Below are positions 25,997-38,541 of a DNA stretch of 64,000 bases, in pieces (the stretch's first letter is position 1; the number at the start of each line of letters is the position of its first letter). Below the pieces are notes generated by a model, which saw nothing but the letters and a program-made list of their open reading frames with translations, ran no database searches and was not told the DNA's origin. The DNA lies in NCBI GenBank assembly GCA_051294905.1, contig CM119371.1:9860001-9924000 (forward strand), given 5' to 3'. A program made the position numbers and the translations under genes. This stretch comes from Botryllus schlosseri. Its lineage: Eukaryota.

Positions 25997-27217
25997 CAGT
26001 GGTTCTCAGCCCTTTCTTGGCCGTGGCCCATTTTCCGGTTTAAAAATGTGCTGTGGCCCACCTGATATCTTAGTCTCATAATCCTGTTTTGCGTGGTCAT
26101 GGACAGCTCCGATATGCCTATTCCTCTAAAATATGCGCATTTTTCTCCAACTGATAATATTTAAATCTCGATCTCCCGGGACATGAAATGGCGCGAAGCG
26201 CGAAAAAAATTTCAAGTTGAATAAATATCCTCCAACAAACGACCAACGAAATAATCTAGGGCCCCTTCGATCCCCCCCAATTGGGGGTTTGGGTGTGGCA
26301 GTTACGGCCCTGGTAGATCATAAGTAGATTATTTTCGTACGCTGCTCCATTCGCGTCGCGAAACACAATGATCAGATCCCAGCACTGTGGGATTGGTACT
26401 TTTGTGATACCATTGTGGGGAATATTATAATCATTCTGGGCCAGCATCGAACAATTCGTTGGTGAATGGGGTACTACAGAGAAGTGGAGAATGATTTTTC
26501 AATATGCATGATGTACTTTGTATGTTTTGTACCAAAACAACTGAAGTTGCGATGACAGAATATTCAATCCAATGATACAATCAATTCCTGTGACTCTTTC
26601 ATTATGTACATTGTACAATGATTTCCAGGTCGGACATTTTAAACTGACTTCAAAGATTAATGCGCTCCGATAAATCCTCAATCCATTAAGATCCGTTGCG
26701 GTGGTGCAGTATACCTCCGCCAGAAGTTTCTAATAATTTGCAATTATGGCTATTCATAGCTTGCAATAATACGGCCTGCCGAAGTACAGTAAATCTGTAC
26801 ATCAATTGCACTTCATTGCGAGTTCATTGCATACCTCTTTCAACGGCGTACGACATATGACCCTGCAGGAATACTTGGTTACTTCAGCATTATCTTCCAG
26901 TTATTATACGCTTGAAATTATATTATTTGCTGTTAGCCGTAGGTTGTCATTGCCAGTAGATAAACCCACCGTTTTTCCGTAACGTTTTCGATATGCAAAT
27001 GCTGACTTCATACGTGCCACTACGTCTAATCGGAGTCGGATGAAAAGCTTTATGTAGCCTACGTATAATTAGGTAATACGAATATATTTTTAACGAATAA
27101 CATAAGAAATATAACTAAACATACATTAATTCTGAAATTTCGAAATAGCTCTGTGGCCCACCTCAAAGTGCTCTGTGGCCCACCAGTGGGCCATGGCCCA
27201 CCCTTTGAGAACCCCTG
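25997..27217. mobile_element. hAT-Charlie-like element
   Basis: TIR CAG(T/G)GGTTCTCA; perfect TSD TACTAGAG; GTGGCCCA repeats. Confidence 0.88.
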
Positions 27218-28286
27218 TACTAGAGGGTACGAGAAATTTGATTGAAAACTCAAGGAGTATACGAGCGCAAAAATGCTGAGAAAAACTCTTATAGATATAT
27301 TACGAAGTTCGATTTCAACTGCTCACAAAGTGTCAGTCATAAATATTAGTGTTGATACAATACTATACATTTATGCTATTCTGTAGTTGTCACGAAAGCA
27401 TACTCGATTCTGCGTAACCGGCCTTTTATGACCGAATGGCATTCGTTGTTGCTGTCGCTTAGTTTCAGATGCATTTGTAGCCAACTTCCTTCTACGGAGT
27501 TGCTGATGATGGAAATGTCGCTAGAGCAGTGGTTTCTACGTACAACCTTTACTGGCATGGGGAGCCATTACGCTAATACGGAAGCCTGCACACAAACAAC
27601 CAAGTCTACATACAGCAATCACTCATTAACATCGGTATAGAATGCCCGTACACAAAATGAAAACATTGGAATGAATAAATATGCTAGTAAGGGGAATTAA
27701 ACTGCTTCCTTTCGAGAGTCAGTCCAGAAATGCGAGGATTCACCTTGGAAAGTGTCTTCGTATTGCTCGGCGAAACGCAATAACTTGATATCTATTGCTT
27801 GATGACAAATGACTATAGTTAATATTGCTGATAGAATCGGCATTTCAGAAACATGTGGTTTCCATTTCGAATCCCTAACCTCTTCTGCGTAGGCGTACGA
27901 TGTAACACCATAACAGTCGCAATTCGATTAGTGATCGCGCCAAATTGCCTCCTGCGGACAATAATGGCGTGTGTGTTCTGGAACAGCGGGTATGCACACA
28001 TGCGCTAGCCGCTAGAGGAACAAATAATAAGTTCTGTATGAATCTCTGGTTTAAGGAAAGGCGTAAAAGAGTCTAAGAAGAATGTTTATGTGGGATGCAG
28101 ATATTTTTGGGAAAAATATGCAACATGGCCAATACTTAAGACTTCGAAATGCAATCATCCCACTGTGTGCAGTTGAGTACAGCTCCTTTTACATAATATC
28201 GGTGGTAAGCTACTACTAGATGATTTCTGTGATCCCTTGTAACCAGCTCCGGCCTTCTCGATTTTTCAGGCATAAAAGATAGCTAA

Positions 28287-29792
28287 CACTGGGCAACAAT
28301 TTTGAACGAAAAAATTGTTGACTTTGATTTTGCAGTTGATTTAGGCTAAATTTGACGTGCTGATTCCAAAAATGCCGTTGGTTTTCTTCCACCACATCAA
28401 GTTTTTTCTCTATGCCATATGCCCAAAATAGGCAAAGTTTCACTAGTTAGCCATATTACTTTTCGATACCTTATAAAAATCCACACTTTTACCACGGTAT
28501 AAGTTATATAGCCAAGGGCTTAATTGAATTATCAAGAAAAAAGGTACTGGTATCGACCTCGGCCGACGCTTTCTACCATTTTTAATTAGAGGATGCAATC
28601 ATCCAAGAATATTTCACGCACATATTTGATGCAAACTGCAGGATATGGCAGGGAAAATAAATATTACATTTACTATCAGCTATAGGTCCAACGGCCCATT
28701 CATCTTATCCAGTGTAACTTGAAACTCCTATACGCCCGATAATTTGGATCAAGATGAAGATCTTAGGGATAGCAGGCTAATGGTGAAGATTTTGATATCG
28801 AAGATGATTCAGAACGTAGAGTAGTTCATAAACACAAGTTATTGATCTGACATAAGCTTTGGGACTTGGAATGGAAATCTTCGGAATTTTTAACATCCTT
28901 ACGAACTGAAAAAGATTACTTGGCAAGGTAGAGAAAGTATCTCACTTTCGATCAGGAGAAACAGCACTTTCTTCTTAGGCCTACTTTTGGAAGCTTTGTG
29001 TATTGCCGTGATACTGGCATTGGCGTGATGCTGTTACCATGGATTACTGGAGGAGTTAGGAATCCCGATTTACAACTCATGAAAATGGCAGTTGCCAATA
29101 GGTTGCTCATAAAGAATCATAAGGTGTGGCATTCTCCAAAATGCCAACATCTTCGGAACAGTAACAATTGCATACTCAGTTAGTATTCGTGAATTATACA
29201 GAAACATTGAATTGATGCAATATCAAGAGCACGATTGGATCCAGACTAGAACAACTAGAAAATTTTGAGATTTTTCAAATTAGAATAGAATTGGAATTAG
29301 AGCTACGTAGTTTTTTCCAAATTACGTTAGAATTGGAATTAGAGCTGCACATTTTTTCCAAGTTAGATTAGAATTAGAATTAGAGTTACACAATCATTCC
29401 AAATTAGATTAAATTTGAATTAAAGCTACACAGCCTTTTCCAAATTAGATTATAATTATAACTACTAATCTCGCAAAAAACTTGGGGATTGAATGAAATT
29501 GTGAATGAAAAATAAATACGAAAAATCAGGTTCAGATCATATCAAATCACAGTGCGTCCCCATAAACATGAGTATGGTTTACGTCTGCACACCAAGCTTG
29601 GCTCGTTTTGGACTCACCAGGGTCACCAAGACGAGGGCCACATGCCGCCGGCGATCAGATTTGTGATTTTGGAAAAACGCGAAATAAAGCATTTTGAAAT
29701 GTTGAAATTGAATTCATTTTTGAATTCAGCCCCCGTAAGTTAAACAAAATCAATTGTCTGATCAAAGTCAACAAAAATTGTGTTGACCAGTG
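28287..29792 (+). mobile_element. Chapaev3-like (CMC superfamily) DNA transposon relic
   Basis: CACTG-starting TIRs (CACTGGGCAACA / TGTTGACCAGTG); 3-bp TAA TSD; degenerate transposase-like FVYCRD motif near 28995. Family assignment is from recalled features. Confidence 0.65.
29240..29465. repeat. Degenerate tandem array (TTAGAATTGGAATTAGAGCTAC..., ~40-bp period)
   Basis: About 5 related units; probably a subterminal fragment of another MITE. Confidence 0.7.
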
Positions 29793-29825
29793 TAATCATC
29801 ATTATCGCCAATGTACCAAAAGCCT

Positions 29826-30086
29826 GGTGGAGAGGTAGTGTAGTGTAACCCACACCTGCAACACCAATGGGTTGCAGGTCCGAGTCGGACCCAGGTCGGT
29901 TCCAGAATTTCTACCGAATTGTTATGGGTTTATCTAGGCTTCTGCCCGTCATGTCGTCTTATAAAAAGCATAGAAAATGGCCGTGCTACCAGTCGGTAAA
30001 TAGCGAATCAAATACACAGAATATCGGCCGGGTGTAAAATGACATATGTAGTGCAAACATCATGGATATCATAAACAAACATACCA
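29826..30086 (+). mobile_element. tRNA-derived SINE
   Basis: TGCAACACCAATGG core; degenerate B box GGTCCGAGTC; ACAA/CATA tail. Confidence 0.65.
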
Positions 30087-30349
30087 AAGGCCTGAATATG
30101 CGACTTTTAATTTAAAAAAAAGTAAACTATGTACTTCATTTACAATACTTCTACATACAGCAGAAAACAGTCAATAAATGATTGAATGTTGCTTACAACA
30201 AACAACAAACCATGGACATTATACGAGCAGGACCTAACGAGCATTTGACTGTTCGTAATATTCATCGCGATTAAATTATCGTCAAACAAGACCAAATTAA
30301 TTGTGACTGGTCAAGCAATGTGTGTCTGCAAATCAATGAATTATATGCG

Positions 30350-31257
30350 AGTTTTTAATTACCATGACCTCAGTTGGATTACCCATGTAAGCCATGTTTT
30401 CTCGAAAATTTCTCGTAATACTGGTGTCTTGTGGCGACTAAATAGAATTGTTCCTGGGCCTCTGCTAAGAAGTCTTTACTTCTCCGTCGTTCACTGTCAT
30501 TTAAAATACGGCAATATTACGCGGGGATCTTCAACCCAACTATTTTGAAACCCGTACACGTACTGCGGAATAAAACCGTTGGGGCCATTGCTGGACTGAC
30601 CATCTATCATTGCTTATCTCCATATTATAAGAAACGTCGCATTCTCAAAATTCAGGATATATATATTTTTGAATTAGCGAAGTTGATGTCTAAGTTTAAC
30701 AAACAACAAGTTCTAAATTCACTTTTTAACTACTTTGAATACTGGATGCATATACACAACTGTACGGTACTCGTTCCAAGAGCTCTTTTACCTAACTTAT
30801 GTCGAATTCCGACATTGCTTTACCTCCCTTGAAACGTGCTGAAATTGATGTGTGGAATAAATTGCCCTTGCGACTGAAAAGTATAAGTTTCCCGTCATTT
30901 AAGGCTGAGTTCCTTGACTTACTTCTCAGTAAACACTAATCGGATGTATCTACTGTTGCATCAAGTCATCCACTGTGTTCTTTGTTGTTGTTTTTCTTTT
31001 TATTCGTTTCTTACAAACTAGTATGCACGAGTGTATTTATATTGTATATACTTATTTGTAATCTCCCGGGTCCTGACTTGACACGAAGATCTTGGGGATC
31101 ATATCGCCGGCACCCGTCTACACCGTTATAGAGTCAGTTACACATCAATATTGTTGTATATGTGTTTTAGTATGTGTATGTGTATCTGTTTCTGCATACT
31201 CATTCTGTGATCCCGGTTGTCGAAGAAGTAAATCTCTCTCTCTCTCGCTCTATCTCT
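30350..31257 (+). mobile_element. CR1/L2-group LINE 3' fragment
   Basis: DLSWITHVSHVFSKISRNTGVLWRL...LYFSVVHCHLKYG, frameshift, then PYYKKRRILKIQDIYIFELAKLM; 3' UTR ending in (TC)n. Confidence 0.8.
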
Positions 31258-31739
31258 CCACTGTTATTTGTAGAAAGAAATATAATGTTGTATTAGTCAT
31301 AACGAATTACACGAAGTTTCCAACACAATTTGCGATACGAAATAACTCTACAATCGGAAACGGATGTTATAATAGCCACATCATCCGGAATTCGATATTG
31401 TAATGAGCCCGTAACGTATCTCGTCTAAGCAATCACTGGCGTCTAATCGATTTTTGACCGCTTATGATTGGCCTTACGTATACTTGCAACAAAACTGTTT
31501 TAATGCGCACCCTTTCCTTTCCAGATTCATGTGGATCATGTATCTATTACAATATCGCAGTTCTTCCTACAATTTTTCGAATTGTGCAAAACCGGTATTT
31601 GACTGTGACGCAAAGAATGACTTTGATGACATGCAAGCGGAATTCATGTACGGGAAGGAAAATGTTCCAAGCTTATCAGGTTAATTATCAGCTCAGGTAC
31701 TTATTTGGGTATTTGAGAATGATATTCTATGCCTTATTG

Positions 31740-32496
31740 CAGTGGTTCTCAACCTTTTTGTCTTTGCGGACCCCGTTTGAACCTTCTCGGACCCCCACAA
31801 GTTTTCGTTCAAATTTAGCCCAGTTATCGAGCAACCGTCATCTGTCTTGTGTAACTGTAGGCTTCTGAGAAACACCAACAAAATGACGTTTCGTGAAAAT
31901 AACATCATAGTAGCTTATATGTAGAAATTGAGTAGACGTACTTTTACTATTTCGAAGCGAATTCTACAGCTGTATTAAGTGTCTTTAATGTCTTCGTCTT
32001 CGATTTGATATAAACGAGTCCCGAAGATATTTCCACAAACATAGGCGCTGACGAATGCAATATTAACGCGTATCGGTTTCGACGACACCTTTGGGTGTGA
32101 TCGCAACTTATATGCCATCGAAATTGAGAAACAGAGTAGGCTATCTAGCATCTCATCTTAAATTTATTCTGGAATAGTGGTTATGTGTAGCACAGAAAAG
32201 ATGGATGTCGTTGCGAGATGCGAGGTTTAAATTCCTTCATTGGGAGAGATTAGGAAATGAATTAGGAATTTCAATAGGCTATTGGAAATTTGGCAATTAA
32301 AATGAGTTTGGACAGCTGGATATTTTTTTATCAGACGACTATTTCAATGATGTGAGTCCTGAAGTTATTGCAATTACGAAACAAAACTGTCCCATACTTT
32401 ACCTAATTTAAAAACGAGTACAAGTCAGATTATTACTCGTTTTTCAAATTTAGAGACTTCATGGACCCCCTGAAAACGCCCGGTTGAGAACCACTG
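31740..32496. mobile_element. hAT-Charlie-like MITE
   Basis: TIR CAGTGGTTCTCAACC; CGGACCCC repeats; TSD 6/8 match. Confidence 0.82.
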
Positions 32497-32533
32497 CCCT
32501 ATGGCATCATCACCTGACTCTATTACCGTAATG

Positions 32534-33234
32534 CAGGGCCGGCCAACCCGTGGCCCGCGAGGTAATTTCAAAATTTCTAATATCATCTAAAATGGATTGC
32601 ACAGATTGTGAACTTGCAAGGCCAACCAAAAATTTGATTAGTCAGGCCGCAACACTTGCGATGTGATGACCAGAATATCAGTTCCGACGCATAATTGACA
32701 AATCCATCAGCCATTCACATATTGGTATATCTTCGTTCACTACAATTACGCAGAATAATTTGCGATAGATCTATCCAAGGTAAAAAATTTCTACAAGCTT
32801 GGCGCAACACGTTGTCACTCGATTTCTTGTTTTTAATATTGTTGCCCGTTTGTGAAAATGGAAGAACACCTAATGTATCAGATTGAGTCTAACTATATTC
32901 GTGATTACGCGACACAGTGTCGTTCAACATATGCGACATTGCGTTTGCGCTCGCAGTAAGACCGTCGACTATGAAACCTTAGGCACGAAATGATTAACGC
33001 ATGTTGGTCGCAGCTTTTGATATCGATATGTCCATTGTCCAATGTCCATGCGCCGAATAGCCCAGTCCTCGCAAAGTTAGCCCAGCGATATACAACAGGC
33101 CCGCAATATAGTCAAGTGACAATACTATTGACATATAAACTTCAAAAGATTTTCGCGCTTGGCGCGACTAGTGGCCCGCGCAATAGTTCGTCAATCGAAT
33201 GTGGCCCTTTGGCTGAAAAGGTTGGCCAGCCCTG
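32534..33234. mobile_element. hAT MITE family D, copy 2
   Basis: Perfect TSD CCGTAATG; homologous to 24650-25353. Confidence 0.92.
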
Positions 33235-33424
33235 CCGTAATGCGTTCACTGCGCAGTGCACTGAAACTTACTTTCGTTACATTGCAGATGATTTTGACCA
33301 ATTTGATTGTGGATATGTTTAAATTCTCAGTCATTTTTTGAAATCGACCACACAGAAACCTGAGATTACTCGGGCGTTGGTGAATGTACACTGGACAATG
33401 TGTATTGCACACGTAACTGTTTTG

Positions 33425-33605
33425 TCAGTTTTGTTTGATTTTCATGGTGTTTCGACTACATTGGTCATTGTACAGCAGGACGATTTTCTGTATTTTATAT
33501 TCCGTATCTACGGACTTGTAGCATGGCCCACTTCAAAACTTGTTATAAGACACCGCTCACGTGGATCACGGGTCGAGGAGGAGCCTAGACAAATCTCTAA
33601 CTGCA
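33425..33605 (-). mobile_element. SINE 3' half
   Basis: Similar to the 35742-35998 copy. Confidence 0.6.
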
Positions 33606-33657
33606 TGTAACTGTTATTGACAAATATAAACTGTAACTGTTATTGACAAATATAAAA
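33606..33657 (+). repeat. 26-bp tandem duplication
   Basis: tgtaactgttattgacaaatataaa occurs twice. Confidence 0.85.
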
Positions 33658-33675
33658 TAATTTATGGGGATTAAG

Positions 33676-34691
33676 TAGGGATGGTGTGCACGTGAGGTTC
33701 ACGTTCGCGTTCTGTATGTGAACCTCAGAAATTTAGAGGTTCACGTTCACAAACGAACCTCGGTAGGTTCTACACTGTGAACCTTTTATATATTACAATT
33801 TTCCACGTCCTTATAATATGTTTGGTTACAATTCATTGCATTTCAACTGCGAGTCACTCTATGCTCAACACTCTATGCATGGCGCTGGCAACATAAAAAA
33901 ATCAACACTAAACAAGCATGCACCTTGACAATCTCAAAACTTTTACTTGCTCTGTTACAAAAGTTTGCCCGAAATATCCATTTTTCAGTTTGTAAATATT
34001 TAGTGACCCTCTGCTGTGAGCTTGACCCGCAATCACACAATATGAAGAGCGAAATACGCTGCATGTAGGTATGGTCAGCGAATGATGCTTATTCAACCAA
34101 TCAATAAAATTGATATGGAGAATACATCGTTGTCGAATGTAAAAAAATTAGCAGGCGTACGGGGACCATCTTCATTTGTTATGTTTATTGTATCATACAA
34201 AAACAAATCCGTGTTATTGGGGTATTGGCTACTCTTGTATAACTTGTTAATGGGATAGTATCGGTAGCAGGTATAGAAACCCTTTCGATACTCTGCTCGA
34301 TATCAATGCATCAATACGCAGACGCCGAATACATATTCCGGTCTGGCCTGGACCGTTAAGGCGTAACCCTTGCAAGTCTTCGTCAAAATTGTTGGCAATG
34401 AGACGGAAGATATTGATTTCATAGGATTATCATATCATTTGATAACTCCAGTTGATATATTTGGCAACGTTTAAAAAGTCAGTATGTACTTCAGCATTGT
34501 GACATAATGTGGCCCGAGTCGTCCGTTGGTATTAGCGTGTTTTACACATCACTTCACCGAAATATAGGGTTGGAATTTACAATATGACACCACGTGACGT
34601 CATGAGGTTCACGTTCGCGTTCACACAGAATCTTTCAAAAAGGTTCGCGTTCACACGAACCTGAATCTTTCAGAGGTTCACACCATCCCTA
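33676..34691. mobile_element. hAT-type MITE family A, copy 2 (inverted relative to 2683)
   Basis: TIR TAGGGATGGTGTG; perfect TSD GGATTAAG. Confidence 0.92.
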
Positions 34692-35741
34692 GGATTAAGC
34701 CTGATACAGGCTTTGCGGCTCCTTCGCCGTGATGGGATAAGGACAAACTCATGCAATCGGGAGTGATGTGGAATTGATATCGGCGTAACCGTTTCCTCGC
34801 AAACCTAATGTTCCCATCAACGTCATGAAGGCATATCGATTTGATAAGGTATGATTTTTTATGTCTCAAAAATATGCGCGCATCGCGTGTTAATAAGGTT
34901 AATTTCAGACGAGACATCTCTGGCAAATTTGACACGGGATTCGTTGATGTGGTCCAAATCTCGACACAATCGTCATTTTGCTAAACAAGATAACGAGGTG
35001 TTGATACAATAACTTAGCAGACGCCGCGTTAACCCCTGGTCACGTGGGAGAAACGCATCGATTGGCGGGATGAAAGGGATGTGATCGAAACGTGATCGCA
35101 ACAGACTCTTATCAAATAAACAGACTGTCGATGTCGTCAGATTTCGTCTGTCGCTTGTGGCAGGCATTGTCGCCGTTTAACAAGGGAAATAAAGTATATA
35201 CATAATTTGCCCGATATGTTGACTATAAGGCTTTGTCCTGTGATCGATAAAAGTTTCATATATTTATCGGGGAAACCTATATATCTTTTGTCGTAGGTAT
35301 TATGAGGTGGAAAATTGCACTGGATGCGATTCTTATTTAATATCAATGTGACGTAGAACATATTCAGTGTGACCAGACGAGAACGAATGCAATCACAATG
35401 TCCAAGTTCGGGGTTTGGAGAGGTAATTGACGAATTTCCCCTCCTCTACCTACGCCACTGACTCCACAACATGGAGTACAAATCGACAATGCTGAGTCAT
35501 GTTCATGCTTGAACATATCCGCTGTTAATTACAGCACAGACTTTTTGCTTGAAGCATTTTGGATAACGCCTTACGATATATCTTTTCAGTCGACTTTCAC
35601 CATGGCGTATAGGTATTAACTATGAAGAAATGCAACAAAAGTGATTAATTAGTAATATTTATTTTTATTAGCATTAGCTGGCAAACTGACTAAACGCCAA
35701 GTAACAGCCTACAACGTCTTATAAATGTTACATGACACCTA

Positions 35742-35998
35742 TTTGTTTGTTTGCTATTCATGATATTTCGACTACATTGGTCATTTTTACACCAGGCCGA
35801 TACTCAATATTTCTATTCCGTATTTACCGACTTGCAGCTCGGCCCACTAATAAAATACCGCGGATCACGTGACAAGGAGGAGCATAGATAAACCTCCAAC
35901 ACTTGGGCAGTAATTCTGGAGTCGAACTCTGTCGGACTCGAACCCATAATCCATTGGTGTTGCAGCTGTGGATCATACACCTATAGGCTATCTCGCCA
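35742..35998 (-). mobile_element. tRNA-derived SINE, near full length
   Basis: Minus strand: GGCGAGATAGC head, B box GGTTCGAGTCC, (ACAA)n tail. Confidence 0.75.
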
Positions 35999-36794
35999 CA
36001 CTACACCGGTTACCACAAAGTTCTACGAGGATTCAGCATGGTTGAGTTTTCATGTCCTGGATATGATCGGTTATCTATGGGTCCAGCCAAAATAAACAAT
36101 CACATGACCTAGATATCTCTGGAACCATTACATGATGTTAACGGGTCGTCCTCTGTTCAGTTAGCTCACGTTAAAGTGCTCCAATTGCTCTGACATATAC
36201 TTCGCGATACGCAATAATCGCATAATCTTGATAGTCTCGAATCGCCAATACTAAATGCGCACGTCTCAGCGCCACTTACAGATCTGATATGCCTAAGCGG
36301 CGTAGCGCAGAAACCAGTACGAGAGTGGGCCGTGCTACTATAGTATACAGATTTGGAGTCATAATAAAGAAAATCGGGTTTGTGGCAAATGAATAATGTC
36401 GTCGAAACACCAAATATGCCAAAATAATAATAATAATATTAATAATAACAACAACAACAAGCAACATGTATAAAAATTCACAGCGTCAAACGCTACACGT
36501 CGTTACAAGATAGCTTAACTCCTTAAATCATGAAAATTCTCTGAAAATGGCCAAAGTTATCGCAAGATGTCCTGACAAGGTAAAGCTAAAAGATTCAGTT
36601 AAGTGATGAAACGATAAAATTTGATGCAAATGCTTTATTGAGAGTTTGCTGCTTTCCGTGGAGTTGAACGCATTCCGTTGTTGAATCACGTCCACGTTCG
36701 ATTTGATAATGGACCCGCCGGTTAGTCGGGAATACCTGATAACGGGATGATCACGGCGTGTTACATTCGGATAGTCGTAGATATCGCAGCATGT

Positions 36795-36879
36795 TTACCC
36801 ACCACGTTCGGCAATGATTTGATGGATGCCACGTTTTCGTCGTCCACCCCACCACGACTGAGGACTCCTTGATCCGTGA
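36795..36879 (-). CDS. Secreted prepropeptide paralog 1, exon 2 (SHGSRSPQSWWGGRRKRGIHQIIAERGG*)
   Basis: Strong ttttatcttgcag acceptor; phase 2 matches the signal exon; G-RRKR site; minus-strand AATAAA at 36634-36639. Confidence 0.55.
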
Positions 36880-37704
36880 CTGCAAGATAAAAACAATGCT
36901 TGAGACGTATAATTGGATATGAAAAAGAAATACCGCTGAATTCAACGCATGAATATTTTCGGATATGTATTTCTGGGAGGTAGACAGTCATATGTGTAAC
37001 AACTCGGGCTGGGCACATCGATAAGGGTATTCGTTTCTTAGTCGCATATATGTTCTATTGATATGTGTCGAGCAGTGTGAGTCAATTATTTCAAATACTG
37101 AATTTATCGGCGTCTTGGGACAAAGAATTATCGTATCAATAATTCCTTCACACCACAACATCCGAAACACGTTGATGGTTCAGAGGTATTTGTACATTCA
37201 TAATATCTACTTATCATTCAGGCAATCAGGAATCGGAACGTAGTCACAACGTGTTATGTCATATTTTCGGTGGACACATACTAAATGATTTGTGACCAAC
37301 TTGAAATAGAGATTTTATTTAGTTCAGCTTTTAAAATATTACAGATGCTTGTTACTATACTAGCTATCTTGATCAACGAGAAGCTTTATAATTCATTCGA
37401 AATCCAATTACTGAGGTATTCGATTTTACTCAACCCTGTTAAGAACTTATTTAATTGATAGCTCAATTAAATGACAAATGAAAGTTAAGATCATTCAGTG
37501 ATAAATACCGAATTGAATTATGTACATGAATGAGTTGTTCGTTCTGGATTAGGAGCAAGATTTGGGTTATGTTTTTTTCCAAATGCGTAAAATTTCGTCT
37601 ATCAGTCCTGATACTTAGGAAACAGAGTCAGAAACTGTCAAGACTGAGTAAAATCACTACATTATGAACTCGTACCATTATATATCACTCGAGCAGAGTT
37701 GAAA

Positions 37705-37918
37705 AAGGGGGTTAAACCACAAGGAACTGAAAACTGAACCGTGAACATAATGACTCGGACTCGAGTCATAACACCATGACTCGGACCCAACCCTCTACCC
37801 TCTTGAACTCGGACTTGACTCGGTGGTGAAGTGAAAATGTCTCGTTTCGGCTCGAGTCAAACATATAAAAGTGAGATGGACCTGTGACTCGGGACCTTGT
37901 GACTTGGTTAAAACCCTG
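37705..37918. mobile_element. Short degenerate MITE with GACTCGG repeats
   Basis: Ends GGGGTTAAACCA / TGGTTAAAACCCTG; GACTCG(G/A) repeats. Confidence 0.55.
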
Positions 37919-38437
37919 GTTATGCATTAAGTTTGAATTCAGAGCGGGGTTGAGTTTGTGGTTTGGAAAAAAGGCTACATGGGGTTAGGAATTAGGGATG
38001 GATGACTACTAGATTAGGTTAGGTTATGTTTGGGTTCATGGTTATCGCCTGGACTCATTTCATTCAAATAGAAATTTCAACATACATGCATACAAGTGAA
38101 TTTTCGTCGGTGTAATATTGTAACATATATTTTGCCAGGGCTAAAGACATATGTGGTATGCACAGAGCTCATAAAATAATGAGGTCCTAAAGGCACAATA
38201 ATAAAATGCATTGACGATGAAATTTGATTAGTTTTACAGTAAGACCAGTCAAGGTTTCAAGATATTCACTCACATTACTATTATGGGGCATGAAACGTAA
38301 AATTTATTTTTGCGCTTATGTAAGTTAGGACCGATTAACATTGAAACTGATTCATGCATAGCAGTAAAGGTGCCATGGAGTTTCAGACGTTATTAAAATG
38401 AAAGAGATCATCGTATGCTAAGTAATTTTTTAATTAC

Positions 38438-38541
38438 CTGGATTGTACCATCACTATAGGATAGGCAAGTGCTGTATCCATTATCACAAGAGATAGCACC
38501 GCTATCATGGCGATTAACCAATAAATTCTCGCCGGCGCCAT
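38438..38541 (-). CDS. Secreted prepropeptide paralog 1, signal-peptide exon (MAPARIYWLIAMIAVLSLVIMDTALA-YPIVMVQS)
   Basis: ATG, hydrophobic core and A-x-A cleavage motif; acceptor tttcgcag upstream, gtaatt donor; paralog at 21165. Confidence 0.7.
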
